This document shows, one piece after another, positions 1 to 12,160 of a stretch of DNA of 64,000 nucleotides; positions within the stretch are counted from its first letter, which is position 1, and every line of letters starts with the position of its first letter. A program made the translations under genes and the position numbers. The stretch comes from Chiloscyllium plagiosum (Eukaryota), in contig NC_057749.1 of the NCBI RefSeq assembly GCF_004010195.1, forward strand, positions 22,825,886-22,889,885. The letters run 5' to 3'. The notes under the pieces are model-generated. The model did not search any database. It was not told the origin of the DNA and was given only the letters and a program-made list of their open reading frames with translations.

Positions 1-633
1 ATAACAGTTGGACAGACAAAGGAGTGGATAACAATCTGGCTAAGAGGGTGAATAGCTGTTAATGGAGGCTGTTGTGTAACAGCTGAGTATGTGATAACAA
101 GGCCTGGTCTGTGGGGTTTGAGGTAAGACCATGGGAGAAGGTGCCTCAAGCCCTAAGATTGTTGAACTCGATATTGAGTCTGGAGGGCTGTAGAGTTCTC
201 AAGTGGAAAATGAGATGTTGCTCTACCAGCTTGCGCTGACCTCCGCTGGAGCACTGCAGCAAGCCTGAGACAGAGATATTGGCCGGGGAACAGGGTGGGG
301 TGTTGAAGAGGCAGGCAACTGGAAGCTCAGGGTCTCTTTTGCAGACAGAACGTAGATGTTCTGCAAAGTGGTCACCCAGTCTATGGCTTCATTTCCCCAA
401 AGTAGAGCCAACCACATTGTGAGCAGCGAATGCAGTAGACTAGATTGTGGGAAGTGTTGGTAAAATGCTGCTTCACCTGGAAGGTGTGTTTGGGCTCTTG
501 GATACAGAGGAGGGAGGAGGTAAACAGACAGGTGCCACACCTCATGTGGTTGCAGGGCAAGATGCATGGGGCTGGGGGAAGGAGGGGTGTTGGGAGTGAA
601 GGAAGAGTGAACCAGGGTGTTCCAGAGGGAACC
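1..633 (-). mobile_element. Penelope-like element (PLE) fragment: GIY-YIG endonuclease C-terminus plus 3' spacer, degenerate
   Basis: Minus-strand translation IQEPKHTFQVKQHFTNTSHNLVYCIRCSQCGWLYFGE (about 505-390) and QRKLVEQHLIFHLRTLQPSRLNIEFNNL (about 238-155), typical of PLE GIY-YIG; homologous to 45622-46100. Confidence 0.85.
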
Positions 634-760
634 TAGTTACCATCAGCTTCCTATGTACCACCAGTTCTGAGGAAGGGTCACTGGACCTGAAAGATTAACT
701 CTGATTTCTCTCCACACACACTGCTAGACCTGCTCAGCCCTTCCAGTAATTTCTGTTTTT
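634..760 (+). mobile_element. PLE 3' terminal segment (family C), inverted relative to the adjacent PLE body
   Basis: Matches the tail that follows the GIY-YIG region at 46180-46310. Confidence 0.8.
663..700 (+). ncRNA. Minimal hammerhead ribozyme motif (family C)
   Basis: AGUU-CUGAGGA-A-GGGUC(ACUG)GACCU-GAAA-GA-UU-AACU: stem I AGUU/AACU, intact core, stem II; helix III palindrome mutated. Confidence 0.7.
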
Positions 761-1011
761 TTAAAAAAGAATATCTCAGTGTCGGAACATATTCCACTTC
801 CCAACTGCTCTCATTGCCTGTTCAGAAAAAAAACACGCCCGAATTCATATCACATAAGTGTCCTTTGTATCTATCGACATTCACAATGAATAAAATCTGC
901 AGCTGATCCCCTGATAATTATACAAGCTTAGATTTACAGAATACATATTTTCCTCATCCATCTGTTTAGAGATGTCTTTTTTTTATTAACCTGTTTTTTC
1001 TCATCAACCTG

Positions 1012-1238
1012 GACAAAGTGAGGACTGCAGATGCTGCAGATCAAAGTCGAGTGTGTGGTACTGGAAAAGAACAGCCGGCCCGGCAGCATCCGAGGAGCAG
1101 GAGAATCGACGTTTCGGGCAAAAGCCCTTCATCAGGAATGAGCCTCATTTCTGATGAAGGGCTCATGCCCAAAATGTTGATTCTCCTGCTCCTCGGATGC
1201 TGCCTGACCTGCTGTGCTTTTCCAGCATCACACTCTTG
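1012..1238. mobile_element. Hairpin mini-insertion of two inverted PLE 3' ends (family A)
   Basis: Arms are reverse complements meeting near 1140; flanked by TTTCTCATCAACCTG (997-1011) and TTTCTAATCAACCTG (1239-1253). Confidence 0.85.
1104..1139 (-). ncRNA. Minimal hammerhead ribozyme (family A), intact core
   Basis: Reverse complement AUUC-CUGAUGA-A-GGGC(UUUU)GCCC-GAAA-CG-UC-GAUU; the plus-strand partner at 1147-1182 has GAAA mutated to AAAA. Confidence 0.8.
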
Positions 1239-1653
1239 TTTCTAATCAACCTGTTCAGAGATGTCACTATACACCACTATGGCAGGTGGAATTCAACTGA
1301 GTTCTCAGAGCTAGGGACACTACCACTGTGTCACAAGAGCCCTTTACATTTACAGAGTTGCTTTGTCAATGACCTGCCCTCTATCTTAAGTTCAGAAATG
1401 GGAATGTCTGCTGATAATTGCTCTAGTGTTGAGCTCCAATTGTAACTCCTCAGATAATGAGGCAGTCTATGCTAGGCCCAAGTGCCTGCGTTAGTGGCTG
1501 AGCATTCCAAACACCTTTATGGAGATAAGACTTAGACTTTGATAGCTGGATGGATTTTCCACCTCTTAGTTTTCCTTTACTTCTACCGTTGTTTCTATAA
1601 TTGCAATTTTGAAACTAAGATGGCATCGAAGAATGGCAACTTTGACACTTTTA

Positions 1654-1995
1654 GGGGTTGCCTCTGTGGCTCAGTGGTTAACACTGCTGCCTCACAGCAT
1701 GAGGGACCCGGGTTCGATTCCAACCTCGGATGACTGTCTGTGTGGAGTTTGCACATTCTCCCCATGTCTGTGTGGGTTTCCTCCGGGTGCTCCGGTTTCC
1801 TCCCACAGTCCAAAGATGTGCAGTTTAGGTGAATCAGCCATGCTAAATTGCCCATAGTGTTCAGGGATGTATAGATTAGGTCCATTAGTCAGGGGTAAAT
1901 ATAGAATAATAGGGTAGAGGAATAGGTCCGGGTAGGTTGGACTTGTTGGGCCGAAGGGCCTGTTTCCACCCTGTAGAGATTCTAAGGTTCTAAGA
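1654..1995 (+). mobile_element. HE1-like tRNA-derived V-SINE
   Basis: A box TGGCTCAGTGG, B box GGTTCGATTCC, V-domain (GTGTGGAGTTTGCACATTCTCCCC...GGTTTCCTCCCACAGTCCAAAGATGTGCAG), CR1-type tail GGGCCGAAGGGCCTGTTTCC. Confidence 0.9.
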
Positions 1996-2231
1996 TTTTC
2001 ACTGCACTCATGTATTCCTAAACCTGAGTACACATGACAATAGAATCTAATTCTAATTCTAAGAATGGATGGTTTTGGGAAGAGAAGTGTTGTACGATCA
2101 GGTTACAGGCTGCTTAAGGGATCCTGAACCTTACAGGGACAATCTGTTTACAACAATCTGACAGAGAGAGAGAGAGAAAGAGTTAAATGTAACAAACTTG
2201 ATAGTTCACCATTCAGAATGTGGATGGGATC

Positions 2232-2864
2232 TATTGTGGACCAGGCCAGACCCCCTCAAAATATTTCAAGAAAGGAGCCCAGACCCTAACTTTGTTAGTT
2301 GTTTCAAGCAGGTGTAACGCGGATATTCCAGGAGGGATGCAGCTGGTCACACCACTTAGTTTTCAACAAAACAGAACTTATTTCAAAGATTACCACATGA
2401 AACACAAACAAAAGAGTGAATAACTTAAACTATCCGAAAACCCAACAGATTATCCCAACTTAAAGATGCTGTTCCAAATACTTGCAAGAATCCTCATAAA
2501 CACCCCTTGGCACAAAAGGTAAAATCAAACACAGGATCTTACAAGAGAGAAATCAAAGACAGGGAGGATCAGCATGGACCTGCTTCTTGGTCCAGTAGCT
2601 TTAAAACTCCCTGACTGCTGTCAGTGAGTAGCCAGACCGCCAAATACCAAATCAAACCAGAGGAAAGCTGAGCTGGGAGAACTAGCCACTCCCCTTTCAT
2701 TGTAGGAGTGTTTTTTTTTAAAAACTTTAAATCCTTTTGCCTGAGGCAGTATCTGCTAGCTATAATCAAACGAACCCTTCAACTCCAGACTATCAGAACC
2801 TGTGCTTTTACGACCTCGTGAAAAAAATACCGAGGACAACATGACTTTGAGCCGCATCATCACA
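2232..2864 (-). mobile_element. Solo LTR (same family as 8948-9652, 29437-31012, 59541-60134)
   Basis: Minus strand starts TGTGATGATGC and ends ...GGGGGTCTGGCCTGGTCCACAATA, matching the termini of 59541-60134. Confidence 0.7.
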
Positions 2865-3059
2865 GAGTTTACAATTGGATTGAAGAGACCATGTTCATGA
2901 GGCTTTACTCAAGACTGGAAGATTCAGCTAGCTTTGTCTATGGGGATGTTCTGGAGGACAACACTCTCCAGGAAAGGCATTTGGAGATTAAACATTGCTG
3001 AGCTGGAAAAGGGAAAAGGAAGTGAGCCATTAGAACCTTATGTGTTCTTTCCTCCTTTT

Positions 3060-3665
3060 ACTATTGATGAGAGTTTTCTAGCAGTAGTGGCTTATTAGAA
3101 ATCTTTTACTTAGGTTAAACTGACAAAGTTAGCTAACAAATTTCAGGCAGAAACAAGTCTTGCAAGGACGAGAAGCTTGAAATATTCGCCCAGCATTTAG
3201 AGATGAAAGGGGGGGGGAGATCTGAATTGGTGCATTATTATTGGAATTAACAAGAAATAAGTGAAAATGAGAGAAAAAAACTTTAATTAGAAGAGAAGAA
3301 GGAGAAGTCGGAAAAGTAGAGACTGAACCGAAAAAAAGGAGAAATAAAGGAAAGTATAATCAGAAATGTAAAAGTTTGAATTGGCACAAAAGCAGAAAGA
3401 AAAATGGAAAGAAATGAAAAGAGATGGAAAAGAAAATGGAAATGGAAATGGAATTTTAAAAATGTTGAAACCCAAAGAGAGAGGGAAATCCGATAACAAG
3501 ACTAGTCTGGACAGAAGCTCAGGGAAAAAGAAGGAAGTGAGGTCGTAGTTAAGAGGATGGTTCTGACCTCAATAAGGGTTATTTTAAAATAGAAATCTAC
3601 AATTAATGCCTACATTTACAGAGGATGGAGTTGAAAGGTATTTCACCTCATTTGAAAAGGTAAAA
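3060..3665 (+). pseudogene. Degenerate Gypsy (Gmr1-like) gag remnant
   Basis: K/E-rich coiled-coil-like stretch followed by RNLQLMPTFTEDGVERYFTSFEKV (3591-3662), resembling the fish Gmr1-type gag motif LVPPFxExxVxxYFxxFEKV. Confidence 0.55.
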
Positions 3666-3893
3666 AGGTAAAATTGAAGTGAGCAAAATCTAACAGAGTT
3701 CCTAATAACTGTGAACATATCCATCATGATACTATGCAGGAGGTCTTTCAACATATTGTCCCTGTGCCAAACTTTGATAGAGTTCTCCAATTGATCCCAC
3801 TTCCCTGCTTTTTATATCTTTTTGTTTATTCTTGAAATGTAGTCATTGTTGGCAAGCAAAGCTTTTTCGTGCATTCCTAATTTGCCTTGAGAA

Positions 3894-4101
3894 GTTAAAA
3901 AGCACACAACACCAGGTTATAGTGCAACAGGTTCAATTGGAAGCACACTAGCTTTCGGAGCACCGCTCCTTTATCAGGATGATGAAGGAGCAGCGCTCCG
4001 AAAGCTAGTGCTTCCAATTGAACCTGCTGGACTATAGCCTGGTGCTGTGTGATTTTTAACATTGTACATCCCAGTCCAACACCGGCATCTTCAAGTCATG
4101 A
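3894..4101. mobile_element. Hairpin mini-insertion, hammerhead family B
   Basis: Inverted arms meet near 3979; both carry GGAGC..GCTCC-GAAA-GCTA-GTG with damaged cores; imperfect TSD TTGCCTTGAGAA (3882-3893) / TTACCTTGCGAA (4102-4113). Confidence 0.8.
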
Positions 4102-4554
4102 TTACCTTGCGAAATTTGTGTTAAATTACCATTTTGAAAAACAATTGTCCATCTGGAGCAAATGTGCTCACAGTGCCATTAAGAAGTAGATTCCAGGAAT
4201 TTGACCCAATAACAATGAAGGAATAGCAGTACAGTTCCAGGTCAGGGTGTGTGTACCTGGAGGGTTGTGTAATTTAGAGGAGTATTTGTAGCTGTTAGAA
4301 TGCAGCTTGAGACCAGTAACTTAGCAAACACTTCCAGTGATCGTCTAGAAGGATCACACAATAAAACTTCAACTTGCATGACAAGTAAACTCATAGTGAC
4401 ATTCTGTAAACATTATTGTGTTGGCAACATGTATTCTAAGCTAGAGAAAAGGTCCCCAGTTTAACTTTTAAAACAACAGAAAAGTTCCCTCTGTTTGTCC
4501 CTTAAGGGGTATTTCATTCTCCAAAGACCAAGTCCAAAACATTTCCACCTATTT

Positions 4555-5665
4555 CTTGCTAATTCCAGCGTGGCCTCATGAATGGGAAATCATCTCTGAC
4601 AAAATTAGTCGAGTTTTCCAAGGAATCTCTACCAGAGTGGATAGAGGGGACCCATTAGATTCATTGTATTTGGACCTCCAGAAAGCATTCCAGACAGTAT
4701 TTCACAAAGGGCCAAGAACCGATGGTGTTTGAGATAGTATACTGGCATGGATAGAAAATTGGGCTAATGAGCATGGAACAGTGAGTGGAAATAAGAGGTT
4801 CTTTTTCAGGTTGGTAAGCTGTAACCAGTGGGCTTCCACAGAGATCACTGCAGGGTCCACAGCTGTTTACAATATATATTAATGACTTGGAGGAAGGAAG
4901 TGAATGCAGTCAAGTGTGCAAATGACACAAAAATAAAGTTAAAAATCACACAACACCAGGTTATAATCCGACAGGTTTATTTGGAAGCACAAGCTATCGG
5001 AGCGCTGCCCCTTCATCAGGTGGTTGATGAAAAAGCAGTGCTCCAAAAGCTAGGAAGGCGAATAGAATGTTGGTCCTTATTTCAAGAGGGTTGGAGTATA
5101 AGAGTAGGGAAGTCATGCTTCAACTGTCTAAGGTGCTGGTGAGACCCCATCTGGAGTACTGTGAGCAGTTCTGGTTCCGTAATTTAAGGAAAAATATCAT
5201 GTCATTGGAAGCAGTTCAGAGAACGCTCTTGAGGATGATCCCTGGTATGGAGGGATTGTCTTACAAGAAAAGGTTGCGTCTCTACTGTCCAGAGTTTAGG
5301 AGAATAAGAGGTGATCCTTAAAAGACTTGACAGGGTAACTGCTTTCCCCTCATGAGCGAATCTAGGACCAGTGGGCATAATCTCAGGAGTAAGGGGTGCC
5401 AATTTAAAACTGAGATGAGTAACAATTTCTTCTTTCAGATTGTTGTGACTCTTTGGAATTCCTTACTACAGAGAGCTGTGGGGGTATAGTCCTTTTGTGT
5501 ATTTAAGTCTGCGATAGATAGATTCCTTGGTCACTAGGGGAATCAAGGAAAGTGGACATGCGGACTATTGGATCAGCCATGATCCTATTGAATGGTGGAG
5601 CAGGCTCGAGGGGCCAAATGGCCCACTCCTGTTCCTATTTCTTGCGGTCCTTTGATCTCATAGTC
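4555..5665 (+). mobile_element. CR1 LINE, RT C-terminus and 3' UTR, degenerate
   Basis: ORF 5067-5321 ISRGLEYKSREVMLQLSKVLVRPHLEYCEQFW; CR1 3' tail GGCTCGAGGGGCCAAATGGCCCACTCCTG. Confidence 0.9.
4935..5053. mobile_element. Family B hammerhead mini-element inserted in CR1
   Basis: Minus strand 4988-5022 CAC-CUGAUGA-A-GGGGC(AGC)GCUCC-GAUA-GC-UU-GUG plus a short inverted second arm. Confidence 0.75.
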
Positions 5666-5733
5666 AAAAGTATTTTTGAAATTCCAACCCATCTAGTATC
5701 CTGCACTGTTTTTAGGCTCAGCGCTTTCATATA

Positions 5734-5892
5734 TAGAGGAACCTCGATTATCCGGCATGCAATTATCCAAGTTTTGGATTATCCGGAGAGACCACAAGGT
5801 TCTGATACTCGGCTAAACGAGGTTATCCGGCATTCGATTAACTGAACGAAATATTCCCCGCCCCTGTACTTCAGATAATCGAGGTTCCTCTG
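5734..5892. mobile_element. Tc1/mariner (Tigger/pogo-like) MITE
   Basis: Terminal inverted repeats (T/C)AGAGGAACCTCGATTATC ... GATAATCGAGGTTCCTCTG, TA on both sides, internal GATTATCCG subrepeats. Confidence 0.85.
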
Positions 5893-6479
5893 TACTCGCT
5901 TTTAATGATTTGGATATTGCTCTTAAATTGAATGGATGTCAAAGAAAGAAATGAACCATCAATTTGTCATGAACGCAGTTGACCAAACAAGTCAGATGCC
6001 AGAGTGAAAGCCATCCTGAAAGACCATAAATTTTACTTTTTTACGGTTTGTTTACTGTCACAATGAGTAACTGAACATATTACACACAAAAAGGAAAACA
6101 ATAATCAAACTATTTTCCACTATGTATAAACTATTTGAAATGGTCTTATCACAGCTATCAGAAGTAATCATTCAACATGCCTGATTTCTGAAATTATCTC
6201 AAGCATCAATGAAGATTTACCCAGTTTCTACTTTCGGTTTCCTTGTTCAGTTGGCCTCTGTACTTGGGTTCTTTCCAGTAACTGTTTGCATCCCCTTGAT
6301 CTTATCTTCTCTAGTTAATGTATCTCATGATTTTCAAACTCTTAAACAAAGCAGAGAACTGTGGTCGCTGGAAATCGGAAACAAAAACAGAAAATGCTGG
6401 AGAAACTCAGCAGGTCTGGCAGCATCTGTGCAGAGAAAGCAGAAGAAGACTTGAAATACTAACTCTGCTTTCTACCCTA

Positions 6480-8040
6480 CATTTACAATAATAGCAGTAG
6501 ATGAATGGAGTGCATACAGAGTTTTTTTAAAGACTAGTACATTTAGAACCAGCTCAGGAACAGGCCTTCCTTGATCTTGTCTTGTGCAATGAGAAGGGGT
6601 TAGTTAATAACCTTGCTGCAAGAAATCCTTTAGGAAAGAAGTGATCATAACATGTTAGAATTCTTCATTGGGATAGAAAGTGAAGTCTGATCCAAAGATA
6701 AATCCAAACAAAGCAAACTATGAATGTATAAGGGATACGTTGTGTCTGATAGACTGGGTGACTTAGACCATAAGACCAGAAGACATAGGAGTGGAAGTAA
6801 GGCCATTCGGCCCATCGAGTCCACTCCGCCATTCAATCATGGCTGATGGGCATTTCAACTCCACTTATCCGCATTCTCCCCGTAGCCCTTAATTCCTTGT
6901 GACATCAAGAATTTATCAATCTCTGCCTTGAAGACATTTAGCGTCCTGGCCTCCACTGCACTCTGCGGCAATGAATTCCACATTCCATATTCATTAAATC
7001 CATTCCAGTGGATAGGCAATGGTTAATACTGACGGAATGAATGCTAACACTGTAACAATTTGCACATTCCTTTTTGGTGAAAGAACACAACTGGAAACAA
7101 AGGCCCCACCATGATTAACATAAGTAATCAAGGATTGCATTCAATCCAAAGAAGAATCATACAAGATTGCTTTAAAAAGTAGTAAGCCTCAGAACAGGGA
7201 GCATGTTCAAATTCAGTAAAGGAGAACCGAGAGGTTAATTCATACCGGAAAAATATAAACTTGCAAGAAATATATGAGCTTCAGAAAGTTTATGAGAAGA
7301 AAGGTTAGTGAAGACAATGTAAGCCCCTTATAGACTAAATTGGTAATAGAGAACAGAGATGTGAGAACAATTAAACAACTATCCTTGCATCTGCAGTTCT
7401 TTGTTTATTTAAACAACTGCTCATGTTCTGTCTTCACAAAAATGGAAATTTCTGGAGAAACATAGTGAGTCTGACAGAGAGAGAAACAGAGCTAACATTT
7501 CAGGTCCAGCAAGTGCAGTCTTGAAGAAAGATCTCTGTCTCAAAATATTAACCCAGTTTCTCTCTCCAAGGGTAATTGCTTAATTGTTCTCCATCAGCAA
7601 TTTAGTCAATAAGGGGCCTACACTGTCTTCACTAATCTTTCATTTTGAGAAGGAGAAATGTAAAGAAATTAATCAATGTTTGGTGGTCATCTTCCAAAAT
7701 TCCACACTTTTTGGAAAATCCACAGCCGATGGGAGGGTGGCAAATGTAATTCTATTGTTGAATAAAAAAAAGGAGAGAGAAAATGGGGAACTGTCAACTG
7801 ATTAACCTAACATCCACAGGAGGGCAAATGCTGCATTCTTTGACAGTGTACTGGAGTTTTGAGGACATAGCAACTAGAATAGATGAGGGGGAACCTCAGA
7901 TAGGGTACTGAATATTTGGATTTTTCACAAAGCTTTGATAAAGCCCCATTTAATGTTACCATGCAAAGGCAAATGGGATGTTAGAAATATACCAGAATGA
8001 ATTGAGGGTTGGTTAGCAGACAGGAAATAGTGGGTTGAAT
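6480..8040 (+). mobile_element. Old CR1 LINE (endonuclease end to RT start), heavily decayed and interrupted
   Basis: LDLVLCNE and SDH-like segment near 6570-6660; VIFQNS...DGRVANVILL in ORF 7584-7805. Confidence 0.65.
6768..6982 (-). mobile_element. CR1 3' end
   Basis: Closely similar to 15632-15850; (CATAAGAC)n tail. Confidence 0.85.
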
Positions 8041-8091
8041 CTAATTTGTTTTGGCAAGGTCTGGAGTGCGTTGAGTCTTTTTGGTGGGTTT

Positions 8092-8460
8092 ATAGAGTCA
8101 TAGAGTCATAGAGATGTACAGCATGGAGACAGACCCTTCAGTCCAACCCGTCCATGCCAACCAGATATCCCAACCCAATCTAGTCCCACCTGCCAGCACC
8201 CAGCCCATATCCCTCCAAACCCTTCCTATTCATATAAATGCCTCTTAAATGTTGCAATTGTACCAGCCTCCACCACATCCTCTGGCAGCTCATTCCATGC
8301 ACGTACCACCTTCTGCGTGAAAAAGCTGCCCCTACGGTCTCTATTATATCTTTCCCCTCTCACCCTAAACCTATGCCCTTTAGTTCTGAACTCCTTGACC
8401 CCAGGGAAAAGACTTTGTCTATTTATCCTATCCATGACCCTCATAATTTTGTAAACCTCT
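8092..8460 (-). mobile_element. CR1 (HER1-like) 3' end
   Basis: ORF 8226-8444 FFTQKVVRAWNELPEDVVEAGTIATFKRHL; (CTATGACT)n tail. Confidence 0.9.
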
Positions 8461-8947
8461 CACCAAATGCATCTCATTAACTACCTACCCCATCCTTATG
8501 GTACCCCAATTCCATCCCCATCTTACTACATGCCAGTTCCAAAACAACTTCACACTCAGCATTTATCCCAGAATTCACCTCATCCCTTACTCCCACCCCA
8601 ACTTGAAAAGCCCGCAGTGCACCCGGACAAGCAATGTCAGTCTGGAGTGCACAGCTCCTGACATTTGCCCCCTGACCTGGGGAGATCTGTGCCCCGCTTT
8701 GTGGGAAAGGGGTGGCACAGAAGTAGGACTTCCTCTTCCCCCAGGAGGCTAGGACACCAGCCCTGCTCAGCCCGGTCTGAACTCACCGCAGTCTCAGCCG
8801 TGTGAAGGAATCCTCCCCCACTCGAGTAGAATTGAGGTGCAGAAAGCAGAGGCCTGTAAAAGGATAGCAGATGTGCCATGTGGGTATCTGAGATACTGGT
8901 ATGTCTCGTGTGCCTGTGTCTGTGGTTGTAGTGTGTATGTGGAGTAT

Positions 8948-9652
8948 TGTGACAATGCTGTGGCTTTAAGAGCTTATTTTGTCCTGGCTTTTTTTTAAAA
9001 GAGAGATTGAATGAGAGGTACTGAGCAGTCAGTAAGAAAGTAAATAAACAGCAGGCTGGAAGAACACAACATGCCAGGCAGCAGCCAGGAGGTGGAGACG
9101 TCAATGCTTCAGGTATAACCCTTCTCCAGGACTGGAAAGGAAACAGCTTGTAAGGTCTTGGGGTTTTTTTCCAAATTGAAACAATAGAAGCAGCCTGAAT
9201 GGGTGCAGTCGCACTTGCACAAAACCAGGGTTTATAGTTTAGCTTTCAGCAGTTACTGTTGGGGTCTTGAAGAAGTGGAAGCTATTTTTCCCCTCTCTCA
9301 GTTACAGCCATAACCTGGAGGTTGTCCTGCTGCTATAGGATTTGCATGTGTCTGAATTTGCTTTTGGTCAAGGTTCGTTTATGGGATGTTTTGGAACAGT
9401 TAATTAGTAATAGTTACTGTATCTATTATTCTGTTAAGTTTTCCAATAGAGTTAGTTATTCCAATTGCTACTTTCTTTTGATTTTTTAAATTATAGTGGA
9501 TGAATAAAGTGTGCTTTGCTTCAGACCTGGTAGTTGGACCAATCAAATTGCATCAGGAATGCAAGACTTTACATTTACCCTTAAAATAAGGAAAGGTTAG
9601 GGTCTAGACTATCTGCTGAATATTTTGAGGAGGTTTGTTCTGGTCCATAACT
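8948..9652 (+). mobile_element. Solo LTR with a degenerate PLE-tail insertion at about 9045-9135
   Basis: TGTGACAATGC start, AATAAA near 9503, ends TGGTCCATAAC; colinear with 30550-31012 and 59541-60134. Confidence 0.7.
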
Positions 9653-9816
9653 GCATGCCCAGAGGTGTGGGTGAACTGTCTCGTCCTATTTCTCATTCTT
9701 ATGTGAAGTCAATGTAAATTACAGTTGCAAGCATTTAAAGTCTCCGATGACAGGTTGGGAATGCCAAGTGTATCGAGAACACCAGATAAATGTGGAAGAT
9801 GATCCAATTCAAACCC

Positions 9817-10740
9817 AGTCATAGACTCACACAGCACAGAAGCAGACCCTTCAGTACAACCAGTCCACAGCGAACATTTTCCCAAACTTAACTAGTCCCA
9901 CCTGCCTGCACCTGGACCATTTCCCTCTGAACCCTTCCTATTCATGTACTTATCTAAGTGTCTTTTAAATGTCATTATTGTGCCTGCATCCACCACTTCC
10001 TCTGGAAGTTCAATCCACATGCCAATCATCCTCTGTGTAAAACATTTGCCCCTCATGTCTTTTTAAAATCTTTCCTCTCACCTTAAAAATATGCCCCCTA
10101 GTCTTGAAATTCCCCCATCCTAGGGAAAGGCACCTACCATTAACCCTATCTATACCTCTCACAATTTGATAAACCTCTATAAGGTTACCTCTCAACCTCC
10201 TACACCCCAGTGAAAAAGGTCCCAGCCTATTCAGCCTTTCTTTATAACTCAAACTTTACATACTTGGCAACATCCTGGTAAATCTTTTCTGAACTCTCTC
10301 CAGTTTAATAAAATCCTTCCTATAACAGGGCGACCAGAACTGCACACAGTAGGCCAGAAGAGGCCTTACTAACATCCTGCATAACCTCAACGTGACGTTC
10401 CAACTCCTGTACTCAGAGTAATTGAGCTATGGAGGCAAGTGTGTTAAATGTTTTCGTAGCTGCCCTGTTTACATGTGACACAAACGTCAAACACTTATCT
10501 AATGTACCCCCAGACCCCTCTGATCTCCAGCATCTGCAGGCCTCATTTTCTCCCTGTAGGGACACTATGCTCTTTACTATCCCCCAGGCCCTGTCATGAC
10601 ATAGGCTGCTTTGAGCACAGCCAACACACTCTCACCTGCTGTTCTACAACACTACCCAAGGCTCTATCATTAATTGTGAATGTCCTGTCCCTATTTGTTG
10701 TAGCAAGGTGCAATACCTCGCATTTATCCAAAATGAACCT
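9817..10740 (-). mobile_element. CR1 LINE fragment
   Basis: ORF 10010-10252 SYKERLNRLGPFSLGCRRLRGNLIEVYQIVRGIDRV. Confidence 0.9.
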
Positions 10741-10815
10741 TGCATTATATAATTTCCATTATGTGTAGCTCATGTGCAGCTATAACCATCTGTGTCCGGA
10801 GTACGTATTGAATAT

Positions 10816-10946
10816 AGGAGAAAGTGAGGACTGCAGATGCTGGAGTACCAGAGTTGAAAAATGTGGTGCTGGAAAAATACAGCAGGTCAGGCAGCATCTA
10901 AGGAGCAGGAGAATCGACGTTTCGGGCATAAGCCCTTCTTCAGGAA
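10816..10946 (-). mobile_element. Single-arm family A mini-insertion
   Basis: Flanked by TACGTATTGAATAT (10802-10815) and TACATATGGAATAT (10947-10960). Confidence 0.8.
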
Positions 10947-10947
10947 T
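10912..10947 (-). ncRNA. Minimal hammerhead ribozyme (family A), intact core
   Basis: Reverse complement AUUC-CUGAAGA-A-GGGC(UUAU)GCCC-GAAA-CG-UC-GAUU. Confidence 0.8.
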
Positions 10948-11493
10948 ACATATGGAATATGACACACTTCTGTTTAAGCTTTTTGCATCTAACCGTGGGT
11001 GTCAGAACTCAGGCTCCACACATAGACTGCAATTAGCTTTAGTTTTTTGTAAAAAAACAATTAGCTAACTCTTCTTCTTTGTGGTGGTTGTGGCAAAATG
11101 AAGTGTGACTGTTGAGAGGATTTGAAGGGGGGAAGCTGTGTTTTTTTCCAGGGATCCACCTGCCACTGACAGCAATTATTGATCATCACTCACCAGTTTA
11201 ACAAGGGAAGAGAAATACCCAGCTGCCAAATAACAACTCAAGTCGTTGACAGTTCAAAATGATCTAATGTTTATCATCTTGTGAAGAATGCAATCTTCCA
11301 AACAACGTGAACGCCTTTGTCCGTGTCATGGGCAGCACAGTGGCTCAGTGGCTAGCACTGGGGTAACTCAGCAGAACTGGCAGCTTTTGAGGAGAGAAAA
11401 TCTGAGTTAGCGTTTCAAATCCAGCTGGACTCTTCCTTGGAGAGACTTTGGGGTTTGGAAGAGGACTTGCTGGACTCCGAACATTACCTCTGT

Positions 11494-12047
11494 CATAGAG
11501 TCATGAGTCATAGAGATGTACAGCATGGAAACAGACCCTTCGGTCCAATCCATCTATGCCGACCAGATATCCCAACCCAATCTCATCCCACCTGCCAGCA
11601 CCCGGCCCATATCCCTCCAAACCCTTCCTATTCATATACCCATCCAAATGCCTCTTAAATGTTGTAATTGTACCAGCCTCCACCACTTCCTCTGGCAGCT
11701 CATTCCATACACGTACCACCCTCTGCGTGAAAACGTTGCCCCTTAGATCTCTTTTATATCTTTCCCTCTCACCCTAAACCTATGCCTATTTACCCTATCC
11801 ATGTCCCTCATGATTTTGTAAACCTCTATAAGATCATCCCTCAGTCTCCGATGCCCCAGGGAAAACAGCCCCAGCCTGTTCAGCCTCTCCCTGTAGCTCA
11901 AATCCTCCAACTCTGGCAACATCCTTGTAAATTTTTTCTGAACCCTTTCAAGTTTCACAACATCTTTCCAATAGGAAGGAGACCAGAATTGCACGCAATA
12001 CTCCATCAGTGGCCTAACCAATGTCCTGTACAGTCGCAACATGACCT
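11494..12047 (-). mobile_element. CR1 (HER1-like) 3' fragment
   Basis: ORF 11743-12066 VMLRLYRTLVRPLMEYCVQFWSPSYWKDVVKLERVQKKFTRMLP. Confidence 0.9.
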
Positions 12048-12160
12048 CCTCTTTCCCTCTCTCCACAGATGCTGCCAGATCTGCTGAGTTTCTCCAGCAC
12101 TATTTAAGAAACAGGTATTTACAAATTTGTCATTGTAAAGAAAAATACATAATTATATCA

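Noticed and set aside
1018..1245. Recurrent short ORFs of the type CGAGKAQQVRQHPRSRRIDVSG as a peptide family
   Set aside because: They are alternative frames of the non-coding family A tail, with inconsistent starts, stops and strands
1654..1730. tRNA genes suggested by A and B boxes, here and in similar copies
   Set aside because: They are SINE heads running into the V-domain; no complete cloverleaf with terminator
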